64,000 bases of DNA from an uncultured Chloroflexia bacterium (lineage in GTDB: Bacteria; Chloroflexota; Limnocylindria; QHBO01). Of this stretch, positions 31,277-41,178 are shown piece after piece. The notes beneath the pieces are model-generated. The model was given only the letters and a program-made list of their open reading frames with translations. It made no database searches and was not told the origin of the DNA. Within the stretch, counting starts at the first letter, position 1. Each line of letters starts with the position of its first letter. The stretch covers positions 1,696,001 through 1,760,000 of the forward strand of contig CAWGTN010000002.1 in the NCBI GenBank assembly GCA_963825525.1. The letters run 5' to 3'. The translations under genes were made by a program, and so were the position numbers.

Positions 31277-32404
31277 ATGACCACCAACTTCCGTGAAGTG
31301 AGCGCGCCCGAGGCGGTCACGCTCGCCCGATCAGGCCATCGCGTCATCGACGTCCGCGAACAGACCGAGTGGGACAGTGGACACGTCGACGGCGCGACAC
31401 TGCTGCCGCTGAACGAGCTCACCCAGCGCATTGCCGATATCGAGCCCGACCGTGAGGCACCGCTCCTCCTCCATTGCGCGGTCGGCGCACGATCGGGCCG
31501 TGGTGCCGCGAAGCTGGCCGAGATGGGCTACACGAACGTCGTGAGCATGAAGGCACCGCTCGGCGCGTGGAAGGAGCACGGCGGTCCGTGGGAAGAGCCG
31601 CGGCAGCTCCTCACGCCCTCCCAGCAGCGTCGCTATGCGCGGCAGACCCTCATTCCCGAGATCGGGCAGGAGGGCCAGCGCAAGCTGCTCGATGCGAAGG
31701 TTCTGCTGATCGGTGCGGGCGCGCTCGGCTCACCCTCGGCCCTCTACCTCTCGGCATCCGGAATCGGCACCATCGGCCTGGTGGACGATGACGTGGTCGA
31801 AGAGTCGAACCTCCAGCGCCAGGTGCTGCACGGCGTCGATCGGCTCGGCATGCGGAAGGTCGACTCGGGCGAGATCACCATACGAGGGCTCAACCCCGAG
31901 ACGGTCGTCGTGAAGCACGCCGAGCGCCTGAACGCCGACAACGTCGAGAGGCTCATCGCGGACTACGACGTCATCGTGGACGGGACCGACAACTTCGACA
32001 CTCGCTATGTCCTCAACGATGCGGCGGTGAAGCTCCGCAAGCCGATCGTGCATGGCTCGATCTACCGATGGGATGGCCAGGTCACGACCTTCGTCCCGTT
32101 CGAGGGGCCGTGCTACCGATGCATGTACCCCGTCCAGCCGCCGGAGGAGCTCGCGCCGGCCTGCAGCGTTGCGGGCGTGCTCGGTGTCCTTCCCGGCGTC
32201 ATCGGCATGCTCCAGTCCAACGAGGTGTTCAAGCTGGTCCTGGGAGTGGGCGACACACTGGCCGGGCGCCTGCTGATGTTCGATGCCATGGGCACGACCT
32301 TCGACGAGGTCCGACTGTGGCGCGATCCCGCCTGCCCGGCATGCGGCGACGACTCGCCACACGCGCCAGCGCACCGTGAGCCGGCCCAGCCGGTCGCGGT
32401 CTGA
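31277..32404 (+). CDS. moeZ: rhodanese-MoeB/ThiF fusion (MoeZ-type sulfur-carrier adenylyltransferase)
   Basis: N-terminal rhodanese (DVRE..EW..GH; HCAVGARS), then GAGALGS, SNLQRQ, DGTDNF, CYRC, CPAC. Confidence 0.9.
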   Translation: MTTNFREVSAPEAVTLARSGHRVIDVREQTEWDSGHVDGATLLPLNELTQRIADIEPDREAPLLLHCAVGARSGRGAAKLAEMGYTNVVSMKAPLGAWKEHGGPWEEPRQLLTPSQQRRYARQTLIPEIGQEGQRKLLDAKVLLIGAGALGSPSALYLSASGIGTIGLVDDDVVEESNLQRQVLHGVDRLGMRKVDSGEITIRGLNPETVVVKHAERLNADNVERLIADYDVIVDGTDNFDTRYVLNDAAVKLRKPIVHGSIYRWDGQVTTFVPFEGPCYRCMYPVQPPEELAPACSVAGVLGVLPGVIGMLQSNEVFKLVLGVGDTLAGRLLMFDAMGTTFDEVRLWRDPACPACGDDSPHAPAHREPAQPVAV

Positions 32405-32414
32405 GGAGAGCCAG

Positions 32415-32690
32415 ATGAGCACGATTCGAATCCCTCCCGTCCTCCGCGAGAACACCGGCGGCAGCCGCAGCATCGAGGTCAGCGGCGGCACGGTGGCCGA
32501 GGCCCTGGCCGACCTGTTCGGCAGGCATCCTGCGCTCCGTGACCGCGTCACCGAGGACGGCGAGCTCAGCCGCTTCATCAACGTCTACGTCAACGACCGG
32601 GACGTGCGCTACCGCGATGGGCTCGGCACGGCCGTCGAAGCCGATGACACGATCATCCTGCTGCCCGCCATGGCCGGAGGGTCGCACTAG
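32415..32690 (+). CDS. cysO: MoaD/ThiS-family sulfur carrier protein (CysO-like)
   Basis: IPPVLR..TGG, RFINVYVN..DVR, LPAMAGG-SH; between moeZ and cysM. Confidence 0.85.
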   Translation: MSTIRIPPVLRENTGGSRSIEVSGGTVAEALADLFGRHPALRDRVTEDGELSRFINVYVNDRDVRYRDGLGTAVEADDTIILLPAMAGGSH

Positions 32691-32694
32691 GCCG

Positions 32695-33645
32695 ATGCCG
32701 ACCACGGTCGGGGCGGCATCTGATCTCGTCGCCGCCATCGGCAACACGCCGATGGTCGAGTTGCGACGCCTGGCGCCGCACCCCGATGTCCATCTCTTCG
32801 CCAAGCTCGAGGGCAACAACCCGACCGGCAGCGTCAAGGATCGCGTCGCGCGGGCCATGATCCGGGCGGCGATCGACGACGGATCGCTGCGCGCGGGCCA
32901 GACGATCCTCGAGCCGTCCAGTGGCAACACCGGAATCAGTCTCGCCATGATCGGTGCGCGCCTGGGATACCCGGTCCGCATCGTGATGCCCGACAACACG
33001 ACCCGGGAACGTGAGCAGCTGCTCCGGCTCTACGGCGCCGAGATCGTCTTCTCGCCGGGTGCCGAGGGGTCGAACGGTGCCATCCGCCTGGCGCAGTCGC
33101 TGGCGGAAGCCGATGCCGACCTCTTCATGCCGTACCAGTACGGCAACGCGGCCAATCCCGATACCCACGAGGCGACCACCGGGCCTGAGATCCTCGAGCA
33201 GGTCCCCGACGTCGACGTCTTCGTGGCCGGGCTGGGAACCGGCGGCACGCTGACCGGCGTCGGTCGCTTTCTCAAGCGCGCCCGTCCCCGCGTGCGGATC
33301 GTGGCCGCCGAACCGATCCCCGGTGAGGGCGTCCAGGGCCTGCGCTCACTCGAGGAGGGGTTCGTGCCTCCCGTGCTCGATGCCTCGGTGCTCGACGACA
33401 AGTATCTCGTGAGCAACCGGGACGCGGTGTCGGGCCTCCGCCGCCTCATGGCCGAGGAGGGCATCTTCGCCGGACTGTCCTCGGGCGCGGCCATCGCGGT
33501 CGCGGTGCGCGTGGCCCGCGATCTGGAACGCGGCTCCGTCGTCGTCCTGCTGGCCGACGCTGGCTGGAAGTACCTGTCAACGGACCTGTGGAGCCGGAAC
33601 CTCGACGAGCTCGAGGACCAGCTCGAGACATCGCTGCTGTGGTGA
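32695..33645 (+). CDS. cysM: PLP-dependent cysteine synthase, CysO-dependent CysM type
   Basis: NPTGSVKDR, EPSSGNTG, LGTGGTL, ADAGWKYLST; C-terminal ..LLW tail; cysO/mec context. Confidence 0.88.
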   Translation: MPTTVGAASDLVAAIGNTPMVELRRLAPHPDVHLFAKLEGNNPTGSVKDRVARAMIRAAIDDGSLRAGQTILEPSSGNTGISLAMIGARLGYPVRIVMPDNTTREREQLLRLYGAEIVFSPGAEGSNGAIRLAQSLAEADADLFMPYQYGNAANPDTHEATTGPEILEQVPDVDVFVAGLGTGGTLTGVGRFLKRARPRVRIVAAEPIPGEGVQGLRSLEEGFVPPVLDASVLDDKYLVSNRDAVSGLRRLMAEEGIFAGLSSGAAIAVAVRVARDLERGSVVVLLADAGWKYLSTDLWSRNLDELEDQLETSLLW

Positions 33646-34079
33646 CCGAGCGGCTCGGGATCCCGCGGGCGCTCGCCGACCGCATGCTCGCGCATGCCCG
33701 ATCCGAGCTCCCGAACGAGGCGTGCGGACTGCTCGGCGGCTCGACGGAGCACGGGCGCGCCACGTCATATCATCCGGCCCGCAACGCCGAGGCGAGCCCG
33801 CTCAGGTACAACGTCCACCCGGAGGACCTGGTGCGCATCGTGTTCGAGATCGAGGATTCCGGCCAGGATCTGGTTGCGATCTTCCATTCGCACACCGCAT
33901 CACCCGCAGTCCCGTCGGCGACGGACCGCCGCGCGGCCCAGTATCCCGACGCCTTCTACGTGCTGGCCACCCTCGCCGAAGCCGATGCGCCACCGGCTGC
34001 GGCGCTTCGGGCGTGGCGCATTCGCGGCGGCGCCAGCCACGAGGTTGGCCTGGACCTCATCGACGAGGTCAGCAGCTGA
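33642..34079 (+). CDS. mec: JAB/Mov34 (M67) metallopeptidase, Mec-like
   Basis: PNEACGLL and HSH....AVPSATD JAMM motif. Confidence 0.88.
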   Translation: MTERLGIPRALADRMLAHARSELPNEACGLLGGSTEHGRATSYHPARNAEASPLRYNVHPEDLVRIVFEIEDSGQDLVAIFHSHTASPAVPSATDRRAAQYPDAFYVLATLAEADAPPAAALRAWRIRGGASHEVGLDLIDEVSS

Positions 34080-34776
34080 CCACCGCCCGGTCCACCACGG
34101 AGCCGAGCTGCAGGTCCACGGTGTAGTCGATGCCGCAGTCGCCCTCCTCGTTGCCGCGGCGGTAGCTGAGCACGACCCGGCCTTCGTCCGGCGGTGGAAG
34201 CCAGCGTGCCGACGAGCGGAAGGCGTCGCTCGGCGGCGCGTCGTCAGGGTCCGCACGCAGGATGGCATCGGCGGCGTCGAGCGTTGGCTGGTCGAGGCCG
34301 CGGAGCAGCGAGCTCACGACGGTGACAGCGCCGGAGCCCGGCGTCACCTCGAGGATCCACAGGTCCTCGTCGCTCGCCCCCGCCAGTCTGCCGGACACCT
34401 CGAGCGTGCAGGTCTGCGGCCCACAGGATCCGCCAGCGACGATGGCCGTCCACGGTTCTCCGTCGAACGTCCAGATCAGATCGGCGACGGCGGAGGCGAT
34501 GGCCAGGCTCTCGAGTTGATCCGGGACGCCACCGGGCCGCCGCGACTCGCGCATCGCGTCCAGGATCTCGGTGCCATCAAACGGGCGACCAGGCGCCACG
34601 ACGATACCGGGCGAACCCGGCGTGGACTGGGTCGGCTCGGCGGTCGAGACGGTCGGCGACGGGTCGGAGGCCATCGGGCTCGCGGCACTCTGGGTCGGCG
34701 AGGGGCCGGATGGGGCGGCGGAACACGCGGCCAGCATGAGCCCCACCGTCAGGATGACGGGGACCCGTCGCGTCAT
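34069..34776 (-). CDS. hypothetical lipoprotein
   Basis: LAAC lipobox, Pro/Ser/Thr linker, four further Cys. Confidence 0.75.
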   Translation of the reverse strand: MTRRVPVILTVGLMLAACSAAPSGPSPTQSAASPMASDPSPTVSTAEPTQSTPGSPGIVVAPGRPFDGTEILDAMRESRRPGGVPDQLESLAIASAVADLIWTFDGEPWTAIVAGGSCGPQTCTLEVSGRLAGASDEDLWILEVTPGSGAVTVVSSLLRGLDQPTLDAADAILRADPDDAPPSDAFRSSARWLPPPDEGRVVLSYRRGNEEGDCGIDYTVDLQLGSVVDRAVVSC

Positions 34777-37736
34777 GGCTTCCCGAGCAGGGCGTTCAGG
34801 TCCGACACGACGCCGTTGCCGATGACCGATGTGCCGCCGATCAGCCAGGTTCGCGGCGGGAACAGTCGCTGCAGCTCCGGGCGTGCCACCGATGGCACGG
34901 TCGTCGGACCGACGAGGAGCAACGGAGATCCCGCACCGCCCGCGGCAGGCACCGCGGCCAGCGCATCGGGGAAGTTCATCCCGGTCGCGAGATAGGCGGC
35001 CGGCGGTCGGTTGAAGAACGCCTTCGAGACGGCGACCGCGGTCGCGAATCGGTCGGCTCCGGCGAGCCTGGTGACCGGTCCGGTCGTGTAGGACTGCAGG
35101 ATCTGCTTCACACCATCGGTGACGGCGCTCGTGCCACCCAGCAGGTAGATGGCCTGCGGCCTGAGCCGCAGGAGCTCGTCGCGAACCGCCTGTGGGACTG
35201 CTCCTCGCTCCGTGAGCAGCACCGGACCGCCAAGCTTCGCCGCCGCCGGTCCGGCGGTGAGTGCGTCGGGGAAGCTCGCTCCGGTCGCGACGAAGACGGC
35301 CGGAACACCCGGCCCGAAGGCGGATCGGCTCACGGCGGCCGCGGTGGAGTAGCGGTCGGATCCCGCCAACCGAGCGACGGTCCCGGTCGTGTAGGCATCG
35401 AGGGCGGCGGCCACGGACTGGCTGACCACCGAGGTGCCGCCCAGGACGACGATGCTCTGCGGCTTCAGTCGGGCCAGCTCGTCTCGCGTTGCCTGCGGAA
35501 GCGACCCGGGCTCGGTCAGAAGGATCGGTCCCTTCCGGATGGCAGCCACCGCGCCCGCGGCGAGAGCGTCAGGGAAGTTTCTGCCGGTGGCGACATAGGC
35601 GACCGCCGTTCCCGGTCCGAAGTGGTTGCGGCTCACCGCGGCCGCGGTCCCGTATCGGTCGGAGCCCGCAACCCGGATCGGCGTGCCGACGCTCCACTTG
35701 GACCACGCCAGCCCATAGCGCTCCGATGTGCCTTCGAATCGCGTCTGGCGCACCTCGATCCGTGCCGTCCCGCTGCGCGTCGCGGTGAACTCGACCCATT
35801 CGTAGTTGTTGTCGAACGTGTATGAGCCCTGCAGCGACCCGTCCGGCATGACGATGCGCAGGTCGAGGTCGGCGGCCAGCCGGTCGGTGCGGTTCGAGAT
35901 CGTCGTCCCCGTTGTCCGGCTGTTCCAGGTGAGGACGACCTTCACCTTCTGTCCGGCGATCACCGAGATGTCCTGGTTCAGCGCCTGGCCGCTGGTCAGG
36001 CTGCCCATGCGGTAGCCGCCGTACCCAGCGTCACCGTTGGTGAGGAGTCGATTCGCCCACAGCGCCGATGCCGTTCCGGTGCCCTCGTGATCGCTGTTGC
36101 GAGACCCGTCGGGCATCGGGGTCCGGTTGATCGCCGCGGCCATGATGATCGCGCGGGTCGCCTCGGGGCGAAGGGAGAGGCTGGGCAGGCGAGCGATGAT
36201 CTGCGCCGCGATGCCGGCAACGATCGGGCTCGCGATGCTGGTGCCGCTGGCTCCGAGGCCGTTGGCCGTTCGCACCGATGGTGCGGGCGCGGAGACATTC
36301 GGCTTGTTGAAGTCACCGTGCGAGTTCCATGCGGCCCCGGACGGATCGCGGTAGCTGGCGCCGTTCGATCCGGGGTAGTACCAGAGCCGATCATCGTTGC
36401 GGCCCGCCGTCCCCCGATCGTCGATCCCGCCCACCGTGAGCACGTTGTACGCGGTGCCCGGCGACAGGACGTCCCAGTGCCCGAAGGTCACCAGGTTGCC
36501 CGACGCGGCCACTGCCAGCCGCCCGTCATCCTGAACCATCGAGTCGAAGTAGCGGCGGGCCTCCTCGGAGCCGCTGGCGGTGTCCTGGCCGATGCTGGCA
36601 TTCACGATATCGGCGTCGCCGCCACCCGCGCTGGCTGCCCAGTCCGCCGCTTCAATGATCTGCCGATCCCGTGTCAGCGATGCCCCGCCGCCGCCGGTCG
36701 ACGCGCTCACGATGACTGCGCCCGGAGCGACGCCCGGATAGGTCGAGCTCCGGCCGGCGATGGCCCCGGCGACCCACGTGGGATGGTCGAACGTCCCGCT
36801 GCCGGTGTAGGCGAGCGACCCGCTGGCGCTGTGCGAGGCCACCACCCGACCGGCAAGGTCACCACTGTTGCGGACGTTGTGGTATTCGACCACGGCGACC
36901 CGGACACCCGTCCCCTGGTCCTCGCCGCCACCGGTCCAGTTGGCCTGGACCGCCGGCCCGGCGCTCGACATGGTGGTCGCCCAGCTGCGCTCGAGCCCGA
37001 TGGTGGCGACCCCGGAGGCTGCTGCGAGCTCGTCGACCCGGTCAGCCGCAATGTCGATGTAGGCGAGCGGTGCGGTGGTCGACACGTAGCCAACCGTCCC
37101 ACCGAGCTCACGCACGGTCGCGGTGAGCTGGTCAAGCGCGGCAGCGCGGGCATCCGCCCGCGCTGCCTCCAGCTCGGCCCGGATCCTGCGTGCCGTCTCG
37201 AGGTCGGGCGCCATCGGCATGTCGCCCTCCCAGACCAGCTCCGGATGGCGGTCGATGACAGACTGTGCGGCGGCGTCCGTATCAACGTCGAGCCACACCC
37301 CGACCGGGACCGGGGCGTCACTCGCGGCTGTCGAGAGCCTGCGATCAATCGCGGCCACCAGCTCATCGTCGGCCTTCAGCGTCATGGGGCTGAGCGATCC
37401 GCGAGCAGCCTTCAACTGCCGCGCGGGCAAGTCGTCGCCGGCCAGGGTCCCGGTCTGGCCATCTCGATACACGATGTGAAGCTCGCCCGTTCGCAGGTCC
37501 ACGTACTTCGCCGCCCACAGGCTGGATCCCTCCGGGCCGACAGCCGACGCTCGCTCGTACACCAGCTCGTAGTCGGTGGGGTTGCCCCCGAGCGAGTCAC
37601 TGAGATGCCGCTGGCCCTGGACCTCGAGGGGCTCCGCCGCGGCGGTGTGTCGGGGAACCGCGAATGACGTCACGAGCAGCACGCCAGCGATGATCAGCTG
37701 TCGCGCGCGCTGCTCATGGTGCTCGGTCTGACGCAT
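34773..37736 (-). CDS. secreted S8 peptidase with beta-sandwich and three CWB2 domains
   Basis: Signal peptide, prodomain, VAVVE / DHPTWVAG / AASGN / SGTSIASP, DLDL domain, three CWB2 repeats. Confidence 0.88.
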   Translation of the reverse strand: MRQTEHHEQRARQLIIAGVLLVTSFAVPRHTAAAEPLEVQGQRHLSDSLGGNPTDYELVYERASAVGPEGSSLWAAKYVDLRTGELHIVYRDGQTGTLAGDDLPARQLKAARGSLSPMTLKADDELVAAIDRRLSTAASDAPVPVGVWLDVDTDAAAQSVIDRHPELVWEGDMPMAPDLETARRIRAELEAARADARAAALDQLTATVRELGGTVGYVSTTAPLAYIDIAADRVDELAAASGVATIGLERSWATTMSSAGPAVQANWTGGGEDQGTGVRVAVVEYHNVRNSGDLAGRVVASHSASGSLAYTGSGTFDHPTWVAGAIAGRSSTYPGVAPGAVIVSASTGGGGASLTRDRQIIEAADWAASAGGGDADIVNASIGQDTASGSEEARRYFDSMVQDDGRLAVAASGNLVTFGHWDVLSPGTAYNVLTVGGIDDRGTAGRNDDRLWYYPGSNGASYRDPSGAAWNSHGDFNKPNVSAPAPSVRTANGLGASGTSIASPIVAGIAAQIIARLPSLSLRPEATRAIIMAAAINRTPMPDGSRNSDHEGTGTASALWANRLLTNGDAGYGGYRMGSLTSGQALNQDISVIAGQKVKVVLTWNSRTTGTTISNRTDRLAADLDLRIVMPDGSLQGSYTFDNNYEWVEFTATRSGTARIEVRQTRFEGTSERYGLAWSKWSVGTPIRVAGSDRYGTAAAVSRNHFGPGTAVAYVATGRNFPDALAAGAVAAIRKGPILLTEPGSLPQATRDELARLKPQSIVVLGGTSVVSQSVAAALDAYTTGTVARLAGSDRYSTAAAVSRSAFGPGVPAVFVATGASFPDALTAGPAAAKLGGPVLLTERGAVPQAVRDELLRLRPQAIYLLGGTSAVTDGVKQILQSYTTGPVTRLAGADRFATAVAVSKAFFNRPPAAYLATGMNFPDALAAVPAAGGAGSPLLLVGPTTVPSVARPELQRLFPPRTWLIGGTSVIGNGVVSDLNALLGKP

Positions 37737-37838
37737 CGGCCTCCTGCCGTATGACAGCGTATGACAGTGTGCCATGCCCGGATCAATCGTGAGGTGCGGC
37801 GGGACACCCGGCAATGGGCATTCGGTTAGGCTTCGACC

Positions 37839-38963
37839 ATGACCACTGAAGCAGGATTCGGACCTCGAACGCACCGGGCGCGGCTTTCTGCCGCCGCTGC
37901 CGCCGCGGCGGAGCGCGGTATCGACGCGTTGCTCGTCACACCCTCCCCCGACTACGCGTATCTGCTGGGCTATCGCGCTCCGGCCATGGAGCGCCTGACC
38001 TGTCTCGTCGTGCCCGCCGATGGCGACGTGTCGCTGGTGCTCCCGCGTCTCGAGGAGCCCCTGGCGCGACACGAGCTCGGCGAGCTTGCGGATGAGATTG
38101 CGCTGGTGCCGTGGGACGAGGTCGATGATCCGATTCAGCTGGTGAGGGCGCTGGTGGCCGGCGCACGACGCGTCGGGCTGCAGGACCAGATGTGGGCTCG
38201 CTTTGCGCTCCGGCTGCGCGCGGCCCTCGATCCCGTCGAGCTGGTCGAGGCCGGACCAGCGATGAGCGCCCTCCGCCGTGTGAAGACCAGCGAGGAGATC
38301 GACCGACTGCGGGCGGCGGCGGGTGCGGCAGATGCGGCGATGGCGGCCATCTCGACGGAGCCGCTCGCCGGACGCACCGAGATGGAGGTGAGCCGCCGCA
38401 TCGGTGAGCTGCTGGTCCAGGCCGGCCACGACACCGCCGACTTCGCGATCGTTGCCTCCGGCCCGAATTCGGCGAGCCCGCACCATGTTCCGGGGGCGCG
38501 GGTGATCCAGGCTGGAGACGCGCTGGTGCTCGACATCGGGGGTTTCCGCGACGGGTACGGCAGCGACACCACCCGGACCGCCTTCGTCGGCGAGCCCGAC
38601 GCCGACTTCGCCGCGCTGTTCGAGGTGCTCCGTGCCGCCCAGGCCGCCGCGTGCGATGCCGTGGCGCCAGGTGTGTCGTGCGCGGAGATCGACGCAACCG
38701 CTCGCCGCATCATCGACGACGCCGGCTACGGGGAATCGTTCATCCACCGCACCGGCCACGGCATCGGAGTGGAGACCCACGAGGAGCCCTACCTCGTGTC
38801 ATCGAACCCGGAGCCGCTGGTGGAGGGCCACGCCTTCAGCATCGAGCCCGGAATCTACCTCCGCGACCGATACGGCGCGCGCATCGAGGACATCGTGGTC
38901 TGTACGGCGACCGGTGGCGAGCGCCTCAACACCGCCTCGACGGAGCTCATCCGGGTCGACTGA
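37839..38963 (+). CDS. Xaa-Pro aminopeptidase/dipeptidase (M24 family)
   Basis: SGPN.ASPHH, DIGG...GY.SDTTRT, HRTGHGIG.ETHEEP, SIEPG, RIEDIV. Confidence 0.93.
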   Translation: MTTEAGFGPRTHRARLSAAAAAAAERGIDALLVTPSPDYAYLLGYRAPAMERLTCLVVPADGDVSLVLPRLEEPLARHELGELADEIALVPWDEVDDPIQLVRALVAGARRVGLQDQMWARFALRLRAALDPVELVEAGPAMSALRRVKTSEEIDRLRAAAGAADAAMAAISTEPLAGRTEMEVSRRIGELLVQAGHDTADFAIVASGPNSASPHHVPGARVIQAGDALVLDIGGFRDGYGSDTTRTAFVGEPDADFAALFEVLRAAQAAACDAVAPGVSCAEIDATARRIIDDAGYGESFIHRTGHGIGVETHEEPYLVSSNPEPLVEGHAFSIEPGIYLRDRYGARIEDIVVCTATGGERLNTASTELIRVD

Positions 38964-38967
38964 GCGC

Positions 38968-39621
38968 CTAGCGCTCCTCGCGATGCGAGCTCACCAGCGC
39001 AACCAGCACCTGGTCGATGGCCGCATTGGCCTCGTGGAAGGCGGACGTCACGTCGGCCACCTCGGCGGACCTGCGGCGAAGATGACCGGTGATCGCATCG
39101 AGGACCGGTGATCGGAAGAAGAGGAAGGCCTCGACCGTCTCCGCCAGCGAGAGGCCGGCGCGCGATGCCTCGCCGCCGTACAGGCCGCCCATCTTCTCCG
39201 CCTCATCCAGCAGGATCTGCCGCTCAGCCTTCTTGGCCGCGGCCACGTACTCGATGACGAGCTGGAAGGTGCGCTGGCCCCAGCGCCGAAACTCGTCCCG
39301 CTGCTCGACGGAGAGCCGGGCCTGCCACGGCTGCCCGGCGTAGCCCGTGCGCTGCATGCGCCGATGGAGCTCGCCCGCCATCGTCCGGGTGGAGTCCGGG
39401 AGCCGTTCCATGCCGTAGCGCGTCCGCCGCGGGGCGTTGATCATCGCCTCGAGGCTCGAACGCAGGAATCGGCGGTGGCCGCCCGGGGTCTGGTAGCTCT
39501 GGACCTTGCCCGTGTCCGCCCAGCGTCTCAGCGTGTCCGGCCCGACACCAACCAGTCGGGAGGCGGCGCCGAGCGGCAGCCACGGATCGTCCGGGTCGTT
39601 GGCCGGTGAGGGAACGGGCAC
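38968..39621 (-). CDS. MerR/excisionase-type HTH regulator with a helical C-terminal sensor domain
   Basis: AASRLVGVGPDTLRRWAD.G...TPGGHRRF. Confidence 0.8.
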   Translation of the reverse strand: MPVPSPANDPDDPWLPLGAASRLVGVGPDTLRRWADTGKVQSYQTPGGHRRFLRSSLEAMINAPRRTRYGMERLPDSTRTMAGELHRRMQRTGYAGQPWQARLSVEQRDEFRRWGQRTFQLVIEYVAAAKKAERQILLDEAEKMGGLYGGEASRAGLSLAETVEAFLFFRSPVLDAITGHLRRRSAEVADVTSAFHEANAAIDQVLVALVSSHREER

Positions 39622-39674
39622 GAAAACCTCTGAAATCTATGTCTCAGGTACGGTACGGTCCGTCATCCGGCGCG

Positions 39675-41114
39675 TCAATCGGGCGGATCGGACCTCAGGT
39701 CATCGGCGACCATTCCGCCGAGCTCGCCCCACAGGTGGACGAGCGAGACCATGCCATCGCGAACGTTGCGAAGGCTGATCCACTCGTTGGGCGCATGGAA
39801 GTTGCCGGTCGGATTTGCGAACCCGAGCATCAGCGTCTTGAGCCCGAGCTTGGCGTCCAGTGCGGCGACCACCGGGACCGAGCCGCCCGACCGCTGGAAC
39901 AGCGGTGCCTTGCCGAACCCGGCCTCGAGCGCGCGAACCGCGGGCGCGATGCCCGGGTGGTCGAGCGGCGTGATCGCCGGCGCGCCTCCGTGCACGACCG
40001 TCACCTCGACCGTCACGGTCGGCGGCGCCAGTGCCTCGAGGTGCGCCTTCACCATGCGTTCGATCTCTCGATAGTCCTGGTCCGGAACGAGTCGCGTCGA
40101 GATCTTGGCGGCAGCCCAGGCCGGGATGATCGTCTTGGCGCCGCTCCCCATGTAGCCGCCCCAGATGCCGTTGATATCGAAGGTGGGTCGAGCGGACAGG
40201 CGCTCGAGCAGGGAATGCCCCCGCTCACCGTCCATCGGCGCCGGGACGCCGGTCTCGTCGGCCCAGGCCCGCTCGTCGAACGGGAGCGCCGCGTAGGCCG
40301 CGTGTTCCTCGTCGGTGAGGTCACGGACCTTGTCGTAGAAGCCGGGGACGGTCATCCGGCCGTTGGCGTCGGTCAGCTCCGCCAGCATCCGGACCAGGAC
40401 GTTGGCCGGATTTTCGACGCCACCGCCGTACTGCCCGGAGTGCACGTCGTGCCTCGGGCCGTGCACCCGCACCTCCCAGTAGGCAATGCCCCGCAGGCCA
40501 TAGCCGATGGCAGGCGTCCCATGATCGTCGAACGTGTCGCCGTCACTCACCACGCACACGTCGGCCCGCAGAAGGTCGGGGTGATCGTCGATGAACTTCT
40601 CGATCGGCTCGGAGCCGACCTCCTCGTCTCCCTCGAAGAAGAAGCGAAGGTTGACCGGGACGCGACCGGCTGTTCGCATCCACGCCTCGAAGGCCTTGAG
40701 ATGCATGAAGAGCTGCCCCTTGTCGTCTCCGGCGCCCCGCGCGTACACGCGGTCGTCTTCGTGTCGCGGCTCGAACGGCGGTCGAATCCATTCGTCGAGG
40801 GGGTCGACCGGCTGGACGTCGTAGTGGCAGTAGATGAGCACGGTCGGCGCGTCGTCGCCGGCATGCATCCACTCGGCAGTCACGATCGGGTGATGGGTCG
40901 TCTCATGCAGCTCAGCACGTTCGGCGCCGATGCGGGTGAGCTCGTTCACGATCCACTCTGCCGTGCGCCTGACCTCGTCCGCGCATGCCGCATCGGCCGA
41001 GATGCTCTGGATGCTGAGGAACTCGTCCAGCACGCGCAGGTGATCGGCGTCGTGCTCGCGAAGGAAGGCGACCGCGGCACTGGTCGCTGAGGGAATGTCG
41101 GTCTGGCTCGTCAT
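39675..41114 (-). CDS. M20 family dipeptidase
   Basis: HYDVQP, ARGAGDDKGQ, EGDEEVGS, DVHSG.YGG, GGSVP, FHAPNE. Confidence 0.93.
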   Translation of the reverse strand: MTSQTDIPSATSAAVAFLREHDADHLRVLDEFLSIQSISADAACADEVRRTAEWIVNELTRIGAERAELHETTHHPIVTAEWMHAGDDAPTVLIYCHYDVQPVDPLDEWIRPPFEPRHEDDRVYARGAGDDKGQLFMHLKAFEAWMRTAGRVPVNLRFFFEGDEEVGSEPIEKFIDDHPDLLRADVCVVSDGDTFDDHGTPAIGYGLRGIAYWEVRVHGPRHDVHSGQYGGGVENPANVLVRMLAELTDANGRMTVPGFYDKVRDLTDEEHAAYAALPFDERAWADETGVPAPMDGERGHSLLERLSARPTFDINGIWGGYMGSGAKTIIPAWAAAKISTRLVPDQDYREIERMVKAHLEALAPPTVTVEVTVVHGGAPAITPLDHPGIAPAVRALEAGFGKAPLFQRSGGSVPVVAALDAKLGLKTLMLGFANPTGNFHAPNEWISLRNVRDGMVSLVHLWGELGGMVADDLRSDPPD

Positions 41115-41178
41115 GCGCCGATGATAAGCGGATGCGGGGTCTGCAACCGATGCCGGTCCCGCAACGTCCTTGGTCCTC

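Noticed and set aside
37737-38780. N-terminal extension of the 1335-aa S8 ORF
   Set aside because: Antisense shadow of the M24 peptidase; the true start with RBS and signal peptide is at 37736.
38968-39621. Prophage or ICE excisionase
   Set aside because: The HTH is fused to a long sensor-like domain and is flanked only by housekeeping peptidases.
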